From the NCBI GenBank assembly GCA_963792415.1, contig CAWBVY010000004.1, positions 224,001-288,000 of the forward strand: 64,000 bases of DNA, given 5' to 3'. The notes beneath the pieces were generated by a model. That model was not told the DNA's origin, ran no database searches, and saw only the letters and a program-made list of their open reading frames with translations. Source of the DNA: Candidatus Deferrimicrobiaceae bacterium. GTDB taxonomy: Bacteria > Desulfobacterota > Deferrimicrobia > Deferrimicrobiales > Deferrimicrobiaceae. The position numbers and the translations under genes were made by a program. Shown here in pieces: positions 27,442 to 36,352 of this stretch (position 1 is its first letter; every line of letters starts with the position of its first letter).

Positions 27442-28688
27442 GAGGGAAGATCCATGCCGAGGGCGCGCGTCACGGCGAGGGCGCTGTTGACGCCGTCCTC
27501 GTGGAACCCGTACCCCCAGTACGCCCCGCAGAACCAGGTGCGGCGGACGCCGTTGATCTCGCCCCACCGGGACTGTGCGGCGAGCGCCTCCGCGGTGTAG
27601 ACGGGGTGGTGGTAGACCGTCCGGTAGAGTACGCGCGACGGGTCGACCGCCTCCTCCCGGTTCAGGGTGACGAGGAACTCCTCGGGGGCCCGGTACCCCT
27701 GCAGGATGCTCATGTCGTACGTGACGACGGCGCGCCCGCCCCGTCCCGGGAGCCGGTGGAAGTTCCATGCGGCCCACGCCTTCCGCCGCTTCGGCAACAG
27801 GGATGCGTCGGTGTGCAGCAGCGTGTCGTTCTCCTGGTACGGGATCGCGCCGAGGATCGCCTTCTCCGCCGCGCCCGGGTCGGAGAGGAGCGCGAGCGCC
27901 TGGTCGCTGTGCGTCGCCACCACCACCTGGTCGAAGGAGCGGGTTTCACCCCCCGCCAGATGAACGTCGACGCCGTCTTCCCGGCGGCGGATCGACGCGA
28001 CCTCGGCGTCCGTCGCGATCCGGTCGCGGAACGTCGCGGTCATCGGCTCCAGGTACCCACGCGATCCCCCTTCGATCACGCGCCACCCGGGCTGGCCCTC
28101 CTGCTCGAGAAAGCGGTGGTTCGCGAAGAAGCGGACGAAAAACCGCAGGGGGACGTTCCGGAACCGCTCCGGGTCGGCCGACCAGATCGCCGCCCCCATG
28201 GGGATCAGGAACTCCTCGATGAAGGCGGTCGAATATCCCCCTTGCCCGAGATACTCCCCGAGGGTGGTCTCGTAACCGGTCCCCGCGAGGATCGCGGGCA
28301 TCTCCCTGCGGAAGCGGAGGGCGTCCCGGAGCATCCGCCAGAAGGCGGGCCGGAACAGGTTCCTGCGCTGGGCGAAGAGGGTGCCGAACGTCGACGGGCA
28401 ATACTCCAGCCCGGTCCCCTCGCACTTGACCGAGAAACTCATCGTCGCCTCCTTCGTCCCCACCCCGAGGATCGAAAGGATCCGCGTGAAGTTCGGGTAC
28501 GTCTCCCGGTTGTGGACGATGAACCCGGTGTCGACGGGCCAGGTGCGGCCCCCGGCGGGGGCGTCGACCGTGTTCGTGTGACCGCCGACGCGGGAATCCT
28601 TTTCGAACACGGAGACCTCGTGCTCCCGCGACAGGGTCCACGCGGCGACGAGCCCGGAAACTCCCGCGCCCACGACGGCGATCCTCAT
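27438..28688 (-). CDS. NAD(P)/FAD-dependent oxidoreductase (COG2907, UfaD-like)
   Basis: IAVVGAGVSGL, GGHTNT, VDTGFIVHN..TYPNF, MSFSV, ATHSDQAL, CGAYWGYGFHEDG. Confidence 0.92.
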   Translation of the reverse strand: MRIAVVGAGVSGLVAAWTLSREHEVSVFEKDSRVGGHTNTVDAPAGGRTWPVDTGFIVHNRETYPNFTRILSILGVGTKEATMSFSVKCEGTGLEYCPSTFGTLFAQRRNLFRPAFWRMLRDALRFRREMPAILAGTGYETTLGEYLGQGGYSTAFIEEFLIPMGAAIWSADPERFRNVPLRFFVRFFANHRFLEQEGQPGWRVIEGGSRGYLEPMTATFRDRIATDAEVASIRRREDGVDVHLAGGETRSFDQVVVATHSDQALALLSDPGAAEKAILGAIPYQENDTLLHTDASLLPKRRKAWAAWNFHRLPGRGGRAVVTYDMSILQGYRAPEEFLVTLNREEAVDPSRVLYRTVYHHPVYTAEALAAQSRWGEINGVRRTWFCGAYWGYGFHEDGVNSALAVTRALGMDLPS

Positions 28689-28719
28689 GGCCGGCCTTCC
28701 TGGCGCGCGTCTCCTCCGG

Positions 28720-29700
28720 TCATCGATCCCCCTTCGCGCCGTCGAGCCGCCGGCCCTCCGCGAGGACGGCCTCCGGTACCGGCGCGAGGTCCCGGACGAT
28801 CCCGAGGAGCGCGAGAGCCTGGAGAATGTAGAAAGTGGCGTCCACCTCCCACCAGTAGAACCCCTGCCGCGCCGAGACGGCGTACCGGTGGTGGTTGTTG
28901 TGCCACCCCTCCCCCAGCGTCAGGACCGCCAGCGCCGCGTTGTTCCGGCTGTCGTCCCCCGTCGGGAACCGCTGCGAGCCGATCATGTGGTCGAGGGAGT
29001 TGATCGTCGAGGTCGCGTGGAAGAGCACCGTCGTGGAGAGGAAGAAGCCCCAGACGAGCATCTGGAGGCCGCTGGTCCCGAGGTGGGGGGCGCGGACCGA
29101 GAGAATCGCCCCCGCCCCGTAGAGGCCCGTCGCCAGCAGGACCGGGACGAGGGTGTCGAACCGGTCGAGGAAGCGCAGCTCGGGGAAGCGGGCGAAGTCG
29201 CCGACCAGGTCGAGCCGGGGGCGGAAGTTCCGCGTGGAGAGGATCCACCCGACGTGGCTCCACCAGAACCCTTGCCGCCGGGGGGAGTGGATGTCCTCCT
29301 CCGTGTCCGAGTACCGGTGGTGGTGGCGGTGATGCCCCGCCCACCACAGCGGACCGCGCTGGACCGCCGTGCTCCCCAGGACCGCAAAGATGAGCTGGAC
29401 GGGCCGGGAGAGCCGGTAGGCGTTGTGGCAGAAGTAGCGGTGGTAGATCCCGGTGACGGCGAACATCCGGACGAGGTAGAGGGCGACGGCCGTCCAGACG
29501 GCGACGGGACTCCATCCGACGACGAAAATGCCCAGGCAGGCCAGATGCAGCGCGAGGAACGGGACGACGCGGAATCCGTCGAGGCGCTTTTCGGAGACGG
29601 AGACGATCTCCTCCGCTCCGGCCCAGGAGTCGAACCACCGGGCGAAGGAGAGCAGGACGTGTCGCACGCCGCCTCCCTTAGCGGTTTTCCGGTCCGCCAC
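28720..29700 (-). CDS. Acyl-CoA/acyl-lipid (delta-9-type) membrane desaturase
   Basis: Three His boxes YHRYFCH, HHRHHH and GEGWHNNHH, plus GFWWSHVGW. Confidence 0.93.
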   Translation of the reverse strand: MADRKTAKGGGVRHVLLSFARWFDSWAGAEEIVSVSEKRLDGFRVVPFLALHLACLGIFVVGWSPVAVWTAVALYLVRMFAVTGIYHRYFCHNAYRLSRPVQLIFAVLGSTAVQRGPLWWAGHHRHHHRYSDTEEDIHSPRRQGFWWSHVGWILSTRNFRPRLDLVGDFARFPELRFLDRFDTLVPVLLATGLYGAGAILSVRAPHLGTSGLQMLVWGFFLSTTVLFHATSTINSLDHMIGSQRFPTGDDSRNNAALAVLTLGEGWHNNHHRYAVSARQGFYWWEVDATFYILQALALLGIVRDLAPVPEAVLAEGRRLDGAKGDR

Positions 29701-30133
29701 GGCTACGTTTCTCCATAAAGTTCCCGAACGCCGCCCGGATCGCCCCGACCCGGCGGCGGTTGACGCCGAGATCCCAGTACCCCTTCCGCGATGCGGAGCG
29801 GACGTGGATCACCCCGGCGGCCTCGTCGATCCGGAATTCCACGTCGTCCACGAACCCGAGGAGCGATCGGAACTCCGCCCGGACTTCCATCCCGGAAGAG
29901 TCTGTGACGACGGCGCGGGGGAAGGAGCGCACGGCCGCTTCGATCCCCGCCCGGGCCTCCGCTGCCGTCCCGGCGAACGGGATCGGGTCGACCCGGCGGT
30001 CCGGATCGGGGTCATGGCTCGACACGCAATTGGGGGACGACGGGCAGGGCGGAAGATCGGCATCCCCGGCCCCGGCGGCCGAGACGAGGAGGGACATGCC
30101 CGGAACGAGAAGGAAGATCAGCAGGGTCCGCAT
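29678..30133 (-). CDS. DUF1499 family protein
   Basis: CPSSPNCVSS, GFVDDVEF, IHVRSASRKGYWDLGVNRRR. Confidence 0.9.
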   Translation of the reverse strand: MRTLLIFLLVPGMSLLVSAAGAGDADLPPCPSSPNCVSSHDPDPDRRVDPIPFAGTAAEARAGIEAAVRSFPRAVVTDSSGMEVRAEFRSLLGFVDDVEFRIDEAAGVIHVRSASRKGYWDLGVNRRRVGAIRAAFGNFMEKRSRGGPENR

Positions 30134-30258
30134 GGAGATATTACATCATGCTTCCCTCCCGGCGGCCAATGGGGACCTCCGGCTCGCTTCGTCGGGACGC
30201 TCGCATCGAGCGGCATTCGCGGGACGCCCTTGTCGAACCCGGGTGCGGTGCGCCGGGG

Positions 30259-30270
30259 TATAATCCCGAC
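30259..30270 (+). promoter_or_regulatory. -10 box immediately before the start codon (leaderless transcript candidate)
   Basis: TATAAT at 30259-30264, then 6 nt, then ATG 30271; no SD. Confidence 0.6.
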
Positions 30271-31050
30271 ATGGACGAATTCACCCATCGGGAGGTGCCG
30301 CGTCTCGGCCGACGGCTCTTCCGCCTCGGCCTTTCCGGCTCCTTCAACCTCGACGCGGCGGGGTGCCGCGAAGCGCTCGAGCGCGTTCAATACGTCTTCT
30401 GGTCCCCCCGGATGAAATCGCTGACCCCCGCGCTCCGCGATGCCCTCGCGCGGGACCGCGACCGGTACGTCGTCTCCGCCGGTCCCCTTTTCGGGTATTT
30501 CCCCGGCGCCGTCCGACGCGCGGCCGAGGCGGCGCTGCGGACCCTTGGCGTCGATTCCCTGGACGTCTTCCAGCTCTACTGGCTCGGGAAGATGTCCGCG
30601 TTCACCTCCTCGGTCCAGGAAGAGATGTACCGGCTTCGGGAAGAGGGGAAGGTCCGCGCGCTGGGGGTCTCGATCCACGACCGGCCGCGGGCCGGGGAAC
30701 TGGCGGGGGAGTCGATCCTCGACCTTCTGATGATCCGTTACAACGCCGCGCACACCGGCGCCGAGGTGGAGATCTTCCCGCACCTGGCCCGTCGCCGTCC
30801 CACCGTGGTCGCCTACACCGCGACGGCGTGGCGGAAGCTGCTTCGCGCTCCCGGCGGCTGGAAAGGAAAGGTTCCGACGGCGGGCGACTGCTACCGGTTC
30901 TGCCTCGCGAGTCCGCACGTCGACGTGGTGCTCACCGGCCCACGGAGCGTGGCCGAGCTTCGGGAGAACCTGGCGGCCGTCGACCGCGGACCGCTCTCCC
31001 CCGCCGAGATCGAGGAGATGCGCGCGTTCGGGCGCGCGGTCCACAGGTAG
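30271..31050 (+). CDS. Aldo/keto reductase-fold protein, atypical (catalytic tetrad not evident)
   Basis: ALRTLGVDSLDVFQL, EEGKVRALGVSIH, IRYNAAH.GAE.EIFP, YRFCL..P.VDVVLTG...ELRENL. Confidence 0.82.
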   Translation: MDEFTHREVPRLGRRLFRLGLSGSFNLDAAGCREALERVQYVFWSPRMKSLTPALRDALARDRDRYVVSAGPLFGYFPGAVRRAAEAALRTLGVDSLDVFQLYWLGKMSAFTSSVQEEMYRLREEGKVRALGVSIHDRPRAGELAGESILDLLMIRYNAAHTGAEVEIFPHLARRRPTVVAYTATAWRKLLRAPGGWKGKVPTAGDCYRFCLASPHVDVVLTGPRSVAELRENLAAVDRGPLSPAEIEEMRAFGRAVHR

Positions 31051-31121
31051 AGCGGGACGCTGCACGAATGACGGCGGCGGCGCGCGTGCACGCCCGCCGA
31101 TCAAGGAAGGAGGGACGCACG

Positions 31122-32309
31122 ATGCGATCCAGGACGACCCGCAGGGATTTCCTCCGGATGATGGGGGCGGCGGCCGGTGTCGCGGCGGGCGCGGCGCTGC
31201 CCGGGATCCCGCCGAACGCGTCGGGAGCGACGAGCCCGGGCCCGGGCGTGCCCGAACAGCGGCCGCTGGGGAAGACCGGATTTACGGTCGGGACCGTGGG
31301 GTTCGGCGCGATGACGACCCGCGACCCGGAAGTGATCCGGTTCGCCGTCGAGCGGGGCGTGGATTACGTCGATACGGCGGACTGCTATATGGGGGGCGAG
31401 AACGAGCGGATCGTCGGGAGGGCGCTGGCCGGCCTCCGGGACAAGGTGGTCCTGGCGACCAAGGTCCACATCGCCGCGGTGGACCAGATGATCCGGTCCG
31501 CGGAGAACAGCCTGCGCTCCCTCAAGGTGGACGTGATCGACATTCTCCAGCTCCACGGGATCAGCACCGAAGACGAAGTGACCGACGGGCGGGCCCTTGA
31601 GGCGCTACGGAAGCTGATCGACCAGGGGAAGGTCCGCGCGGCGGGGGTCACGACCCACAGCGGGCAGGAAACCGTCCTGCGCGCCGTGGCGAAACACGGG
31701 TTCTACAAGACGGTCCTCGTTGCGTACAACTTCCGCTCCGACACGGGCGTCGCGGCGACGGTGAAGGAGGCCCTCGGGATGAGCCAGGGGCTCTCGAACA
31801 CGATCCGGGCGGTCGCAGAATCCGGAATCGGCGTGATCGCGATGAAAACCCAGGCCGGGGGATACGCGTCGCCCCCGGGGGGATTCAGCCCGCACCAGGC
31901 GGCGCTCGCCTGGGTCCTCGCCAACCCCGGCGTGGTAACGACGATCCCGAGCATGACGAGCTACGCCCAGGTCGAGGAGAACCTCGGGGCGCGCGGCAAG
32001 CGGTTCGCGCTCGCCGACCGGATCGCCCTCGGCCGGTTCGCGCTCGAGATCGGGGACCGTCACTGCGGCCTGTGCGGCGCGTGCGGCGGCGTCTGCCCCC
32101 GCGGCGTGGAGGTCCCGAGCGTACTGCGGGCGCTGACGTACCTCGAGGGGTACCGGGAGGAGGATCTGGCGCGCTCCGCCTACGGTTCCCTCCCGCCGGG
32201 CCGGAACGCCGCCGCCTGCGGGGAGTGCGCGGCGTGCCTCGTCGCGTGCCGGCTGCGGCTGCCGGTGGGGCGGCTCGCGCGAAGAGCCCACGGGCGGCTT
32301 GCCGGATGA
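31122..32309 (+). CDS. Tat-signal aldo/keto reductase with C-terminal 4Fe-4S dicluster
   Basis: TRRDFL Tat motif, DTADCY, LATK, LQLHG, CGLCGACGGVCP and CGECAACLVAC. Confidence 0.9.
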   Translation: MRSRTTRRDFLRMMGAAAGVAAGAALPGIPPNASGATSPGPGVPEQRPLGKTGFTVGTVGFGAMTTRDPEVIRFAVERGVDYVDTADCYMGGENERIVGRALAGLRDKVVLATKVHIAAVDQMIRSAENSLRSLKVDVIDILQLHGISTEDEVTDGRALEALRKLIDQGKVRAAGVTTHSGQETVLRAVAKHGFYKTVLVAYNFRSDTGVAATVKEALGMSQGLSNTIRAVAESGIGVIAMKTQAGGYASPPGGFSPHQAALAWVLANPGVVTTIPSMTSYAQVEENLGARGKRFALADRIALGRFALEIGDRHCGLCGACGGVCPRGVEVPSVLRALTYLEGYREEDLARSAYGSLPPGRNAAACGECAACLVACRLRLPVGRLARRAHGRLAG

Positions 32310-33199
32310 AGACGGTCCTCCTTGCGGCGCTGCTGCTCCTCGCGATCGCCGTTTCCCCGGCCGGGGCGGCGGATTCGGGGGATCCCGTCCTCGGGGCAAT
32401 CGCGGCGAAAGGGGAGTGGAAGCTCCTCGAGCCCGTGCGGTCTTTCGGCCCCGACAACCTTTACGAGGAGATCGACGGCGAAGCCGAGCTGGTGCTCCCG
32501 TACGGGATGGTACGTATGACGGTCGCCGTCCTCGGCAGGACGGCGAGACCCGGTTCCGAGGTGCGACTGGAGATGTACCGGATGGCCTCTCCCCGGGACG
32601 CCTACGGGATCTGGTCCCAGTACCGGTACCCGGACCAGGAGGTTCTCCCGATTCCTCCCACGGAGGCGATCGTCTCGGACACCTCGGCCGACTTCTTCCG
32701 GGGCGAGACGTTCGTGCGCATCCGTTCGAAGCCCGGAGACGGATCCCGGAGCGAGGTGGTCGGGATCTCCTCGGAGATCGTCGCGCTTCTTGCAGGCAGC
32801 GGCTCTCCGCCGGAGGAGGCGAGGGCGCTCTCCGACCTGCAGGGGAGGGTCTCCGGATCGATCCTCTACCAGAAACGGGCGATGCTGGGCTACGAATGCC
32901 TGGCCCCGGGGTTCGAGGCGAAGTTCTCCACCGCCTCCTCCTCCGGCCACTATCTGCTCCTGCCGCCAGCGGCGGACGGCGGCGCCGGGCGGAAGGCGCG
33001 CCTCGCACGGGAGCTTCCGGCGTACCGGGAGGTGCATCCGAACTTGTTCAACGCACGGATCCCATCCGGCAACGTATGGATGACCGCGGAGGGCGGATGC
33101 GTCCTCGCTGTTGCCGGGAAGATCCCCCGGGATCAGGCCGAGCCGCTCCTTTCCTCCTTCGCGCGGCGGGTGCGGGGCACCTGCCGCGCCGCCCCTTGA
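32306..33199 (+). CDS. Secreted protein, DUF6599-like
   Basis: Signal peptide MKTVLLAALLLLAIAVSPAGA; FGPDNLYEEIDGEAEL..PYG and EMYRM.SP.DAYGI.S. ATGA overlap with the upstream gene. Confidence 0.7.
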   Translation: MKTVLLAALLLLAIAVSPAGAADSGDPVLGAIAAKGEWKLLEPVRSFGPDNLYEEIDGEAELVLPYGMVRMTVAVLGRTARPGSEVRLEMYRMASPRDAYGIWSQYRYPDQEVLPIPPTEAIVSDTSADFFRGETFVRIRSKPGDGSRSEVVGISSEIVALLAGSGSPPEEARALSDLQGRVSGSILYQKRAMLGYECLAPGFEAKFSTASSSGHYLLLPPAADGGAGRKARLARELPAYREVHPNLFNARIPSGNVWMTAEGGCVLAVAGKIPRDQAEPLLSSFARRVRGTCRAAP

Positions 33200-33225
33200 A
33201 TCCCGGCTTCCGGAAAGGAGCGCAG

Positions 33226-33768
33226 ATGCCGATTCGATCCGTCTTCATGGCCTTTGCCGCACTCGGCTCGATCCTCGTCCTCGCGGGCTGCCACTGGTGG
33301 GGCAGGTCGACCGCGCCCCCCCTGGCGGTGGTCCCGAGCGTCGATCTCTCGCGGTACGCCGGGACGTGGTACGAGATCGCGAAGTATCCGAACCGGTTCC
33401 AGCGGGGGTGCGTCGGCGCCACGGCGGAGTACACCCTTTCGCCGGACGGGAAGCGGGTCGAGGTGGTGAACCGGTGCCGGGAGATCGATACCGGGAAAGC
33501 GCGGTCGGTCCGCGGGAAAGCGCGGGTGGTCGATCCGACGACGAACGCGAAACTCTCGGTCACCTTCTTCTGGCCGTTCTCGGGCGACTACTGGATCCTC
33601 GCGCTGGGGGAGGAGTACGAATACGCGTTCGTCGGCACCCCCGACCGGAAATACCTCTGGTTCCTGGCACGTACGCCGACGATCGGGGACGACCTGTATG
33701 GACACCTCGTCGATCTTGCGCGCGCGCGGGGATTCGACCCGGCCCGGATCGAGAGGTCGGAGCGGTGA
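33226..33768 (+). CDS. blc: Bacterial lipocalin lipoprotein (Blc-like)
   Basis: Lipobox LAGC, VDLSRYAGTWYEIA, AKL.VTFFWPF.GDYW, YLW.L.RTP. Confidence 0.92.
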   Translation: MPIRSVFMAFAALGSILVLAGCHWWGRSTAPPLAVVPSVDLSRYAGTWYEIAKYPNRFQRGCVGATAEYTLSPDGKRVEVVNRCREIDTGKARSVRGKARVVDPTTNAKLSVTFFWPFSGDYWILALGEEYEYAFVGTPDRKYLWFLARTPTIGDDLYGHLVDLARARGFDPARIERSER

Positions 33769-33805
33769 ACGGGCTCCCGGGTCGGCGCGATCGGGGGGCC
33801 GCGGG

Positions 33806-34285
33806 GTGACGCCGTCCGTATTGCGGGAAGTGCAGCGTCTGCCGATCTCCGTCCCGGAGGCGTGGACCTTCTTCTCCGATCCCCGGAACCTTCCCCGGAT
33901 CACGCCCCCCTCGCTCGGGCTCGAGGTGACGTCGGACCTCCCCGGGAAGATGTACCCAGGCATGATCATCACGTACAACGTCCGCCCGATTCCGTGGGTC
34001 CGGGTGGGGTGGGTCACGGAGATCACCCACGTGCGGGAGCCGTCGCTGTTCGTGGACGAGCAGCGGTTCGGGCCGTACCGGTTCTGGCACCACGAGCACC
34101 ACTTTCGCAAGGTCGAAGGGGGGGTGGAGATGGAGGACCTGGTCCACTACGCCCTTCCGCTGGGAACGATCGGGAGCCTGTTCGGCGGTCCCCCGGTGCG
34201 GCGCCGGCTCGCGGAGATCTTCGCCTTCCGTCGCCGGTTTCTCGAAAGGGAATTTGGCCCCGGGATCCACGGACCGCGGGGGTAA
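33806..34285 (+). CDS. SRPBCC/START-like family protein
   Basis: AW.FFSDPRNL..ITPP, W.TEITHV, FVDEQRFGPY.FWHHEH.F, IF.FR. Confidence 0.88.
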   Translation: MTPSVLREVQRLPISVPEAWTFFSDPRNLPRITPPSLGLEVTSDLPGKMYPGMIITYNVRPIPWVRVGWVTEITHVREPSLFVDEQRFGPYRFWHHEHHFRKVEGGVEMEDLVHYALPLGTIGSLFGGPPVRRRLAEIFAFRRRFLEREFGPGIHGPRG

Positions 34286-34294
34286 AGACGAGGG

Positions 34295-35272
34295 CTACCC
34301 TCCCACCCGGGACATCCCCAGGGGGCGCTTTCCGGGGTCGTCGGAGCAGAGCCGGTGTCTGTCCGGCTTGAACCGGACGATCCCCAGGAGCGCCTTTTCC
34401 AATCCCGGCGCCCCGCCTTCCCGAAGCAGCGGCTTCAGATCCACCTCCTCCCGCGAGAACAGGCATCCTCTCGCCATTCCGGAGGCGGTGACCCGGATCC
34501 GGTTGCAATCGCCGCAGAAATGGCCGGAGATGGGGGTGATGACCCCGATGGTGCCCGCCGCCCCCCGGATCCGGTAATCCTTCGCCGGCCCCGCCAGCTC
34601 CCCGCGATCCATCTCTTCGAACGGGTACTGTTTTCCAATCCGGTCGAGAATCTCCTTGCCCGGCACCACGTGGGAGCGCCACTCTCCCTCCTCCGTGCCG
34701 GACGGCATGAATTCGATGAAGCGGACGGTGTACGCCTTGTCCAGGGTGAGGGCCGCGAAATCGACAACCTCGTGGTCGTTGACTCCCCGCATCACCACCA
34801 TGTTCAACTTGATGGGAAAGCCGGCGCGCTCCGCCGCGTCGATCCCGGCGAGAACCCGGGGCAAGTCGCCCCCGCGGGTGATCCGCCGGAAGTTCCGAGG
34901 ATCGAGGGAGTCGATGCTGATGTTGAGGCGCTGGACGCCGGCACGCTTCATCGGCTCCGCCATTTCTTCCAGCAGGAGCCCGTTGGTGGTGAGGACGAGC
35001 TGGCGCAACCCGGGGATCCCGGCCAGGCGGGAGAGGAAGCCGAGGACCTCTTTCCTGAGCAGCGGTTCGCCGCCCGTCACCCGGATCTTTTCGATCCCGA
35101 GGGATACGGCCGTCCGCGCGATGAGAAACAGTTCCTCGTAGGTGAGGATCTCCCCGTGGGGAAGCAGAGGGACTCCGGCCTCCGGCATGCAGTACCGGCA
35201 CCGCAGGTTGCACCGGTCGGTGACGGAGACCCGCAGGTAGTTGATCTTCCTGCCGTGGGCGTCGATCATCAT
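34295..35272 (-). CDS. moaA: GTP 3',8-cyclase (start may be up to 35284)
   Basis: YLRVSVTDRCNLRCRYCMP, TGGEPLLR, RFIEFMP, FCGDCNRIR, C-terminal MSRVGG. Confidence 0.96.
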   Translation of the reverse strand: MMIDAHGRKINYLRVSVTDRCNLRCRYCMPEAGVPLLPHGEILTYEELFLIARTAVSLGIEKIRVTGGEPLLRKEVLGFLSRLAGIPGLRQLVLTTNGLLLEEMAEPMKRAGVQRLNISIDSLDPRNFRRITRGGDLPRVLAGIDAAERAGFPIKLNMVVMRGVNDHEVVDFAALTLDKAYTVRFIEFMPSGTEEGEWRSHVVPGKEILDRIGKQYPFEEMDRGELAGPAKDYRIRGAAGTIGVITPISGHFCGDCNRIRVTASGMARGCLFSREEVDLKPLLREGGAPGLEKALLGIVRFKPDRHRLCSDDPGKRPLGMSRVGG

Positions 35273-35330
35273 GGCGCCCATCATTATGCACCATCCGCGC
35301 CCGGGGACCCGTTCCGCCGGCAAATAATTT

Positions 35331-35362
35331 TTGACAACCGTTATATAGATAATAATATAGCG
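35331..35362 (+). promoter_or_regulatory. sigma70 promoter overlapped by a ModE operator
   Basis: TTGACA at 35331-35336 and TAATAT at 35353-35358. Palindrome CGTTATAT-N8-ATATAGCG (35339-35362) matches the ModE box, and modE lies in the downstream operon. Confidence 0.85.
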
Positions 35363-35433
35363 CTGTCCGCAAGGAGGTTCCGCCGTTGGTCACGGCGGCC
35401 TAGATCGCCTGCAAGGGAAAGGGGAGCGGGAAA

Positions 35434-36261
35434 ATGAGAAGACTCCTTCGACTTCACGGAACGACCCTGGTCGCCATCCTGCTGGTCATGACGGCCCTTC
35501 CGGCCCGCGCGGAGGAGCGGCTCCGAATGTCCACGACGACCTCCACGGAGAACTCCGGCCTCCTCTCCGTGCTGCTCCCCCCGTTCGAAAAGGAGTGCGA
35601 CTGCCAGGTCGACGTGGTCGCCGTCGGAACCGGAAAAGCGCTGAAGCTTGGTGAAGCGGGCGACGTCGACGTCGTATTCGTCCACGCGCGGAAGCTCGAG
35701 GACAGGTTCGTGGCGAACGGCTTCGGCGTGAACCGTCGTGACGTGATGTACAACGACTTCGTCCTTGTAGGGCCGCCGGACGACCCTGCGGGCGTCGGGA
35801 AGACGCGAAGCGCGACGGAGGCGTTCCGGGCGATTTCAATGAAGGGGAGCCCTTTCATCTCCCGCGGCGACGAATCGGGGACCCACCAGAAGGAGAAGGA
35901 GATCTGGGCGTCCGCCGGGATCGTCCCGAAGGGCGCCTGGTACGTCGAGGCGGGGCAGGGGATGGGGGAGGTCCTGACGATGGCCACGCAGAAGCGCGGG
36001 TATGCCCTCTCCGACCGCGGCACATACATCGCGTTTCGGAAAAAAACCGACCTCGTCGTGCTCCGGCACGGGGATGCCAACCTGTGGAACCCGTACGGGA
36101 TCATCGCCGTCAACCCGAAGAAATTTCCCCACGCGAAATACGGCCTCGCCATGAAGCTCATCGATTTCGTCACGGGGCCGGAGGGCCGGTCCCTCATCTC
36201 GGGGTACAAGGTGGGCGGCGAGCAGCTCTTCTTCGTCGCCGGGGAGGGGAAGAAAAATTAA
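35434..36261 (+). CDS. tupA: Tungstate ABC transporter substrate-binding protein
   Basis: TTTSTENSGLL, VGTGKAL, MYNDFV..GP..DPA, SRGDESGTH, GQGMG, DRGTY. Confidence 0.94.
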   Translation: MRRLLRLHGTTLVAILLVMTALPARAEERLRMSTTTSTENSGLLSVLLPPFEKECDCQVDVVAVGTGKALKLGEAGDVDVVFVHARKLEDRFVANGFGVNRRDVMYNDFVLVGPPDDPAGVGKTRSATEAFRAISMKGSPFISRGDESGTHQKEKEIWASAGIVPKGAWYVEAGQGMGEVLTMATQKRGYALSDRGTYIAFRKKTDLVVLRHGDANLWNPYGIIAVNPKKFPHAKYGLAMKLIDFVTGPEGRSLISGYKVGGEQLFFVAGEGKKN

Positions 36262-36352
36262 GGCGAAGCCCGGCGGAAAACGCCCTTCCGGCCCCCGACG
36301 ATCGACGCCGCGCGGGGCGGGTGGAGCCGTTTCGATCGCGGCGACCCTCTCG

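Noticed and set aside
35363-35433. Canonical Moco riboswitch
   Set aside because: The leader is about half the needed length and lacks the multi-stem junction; kept only as a low-score finding.
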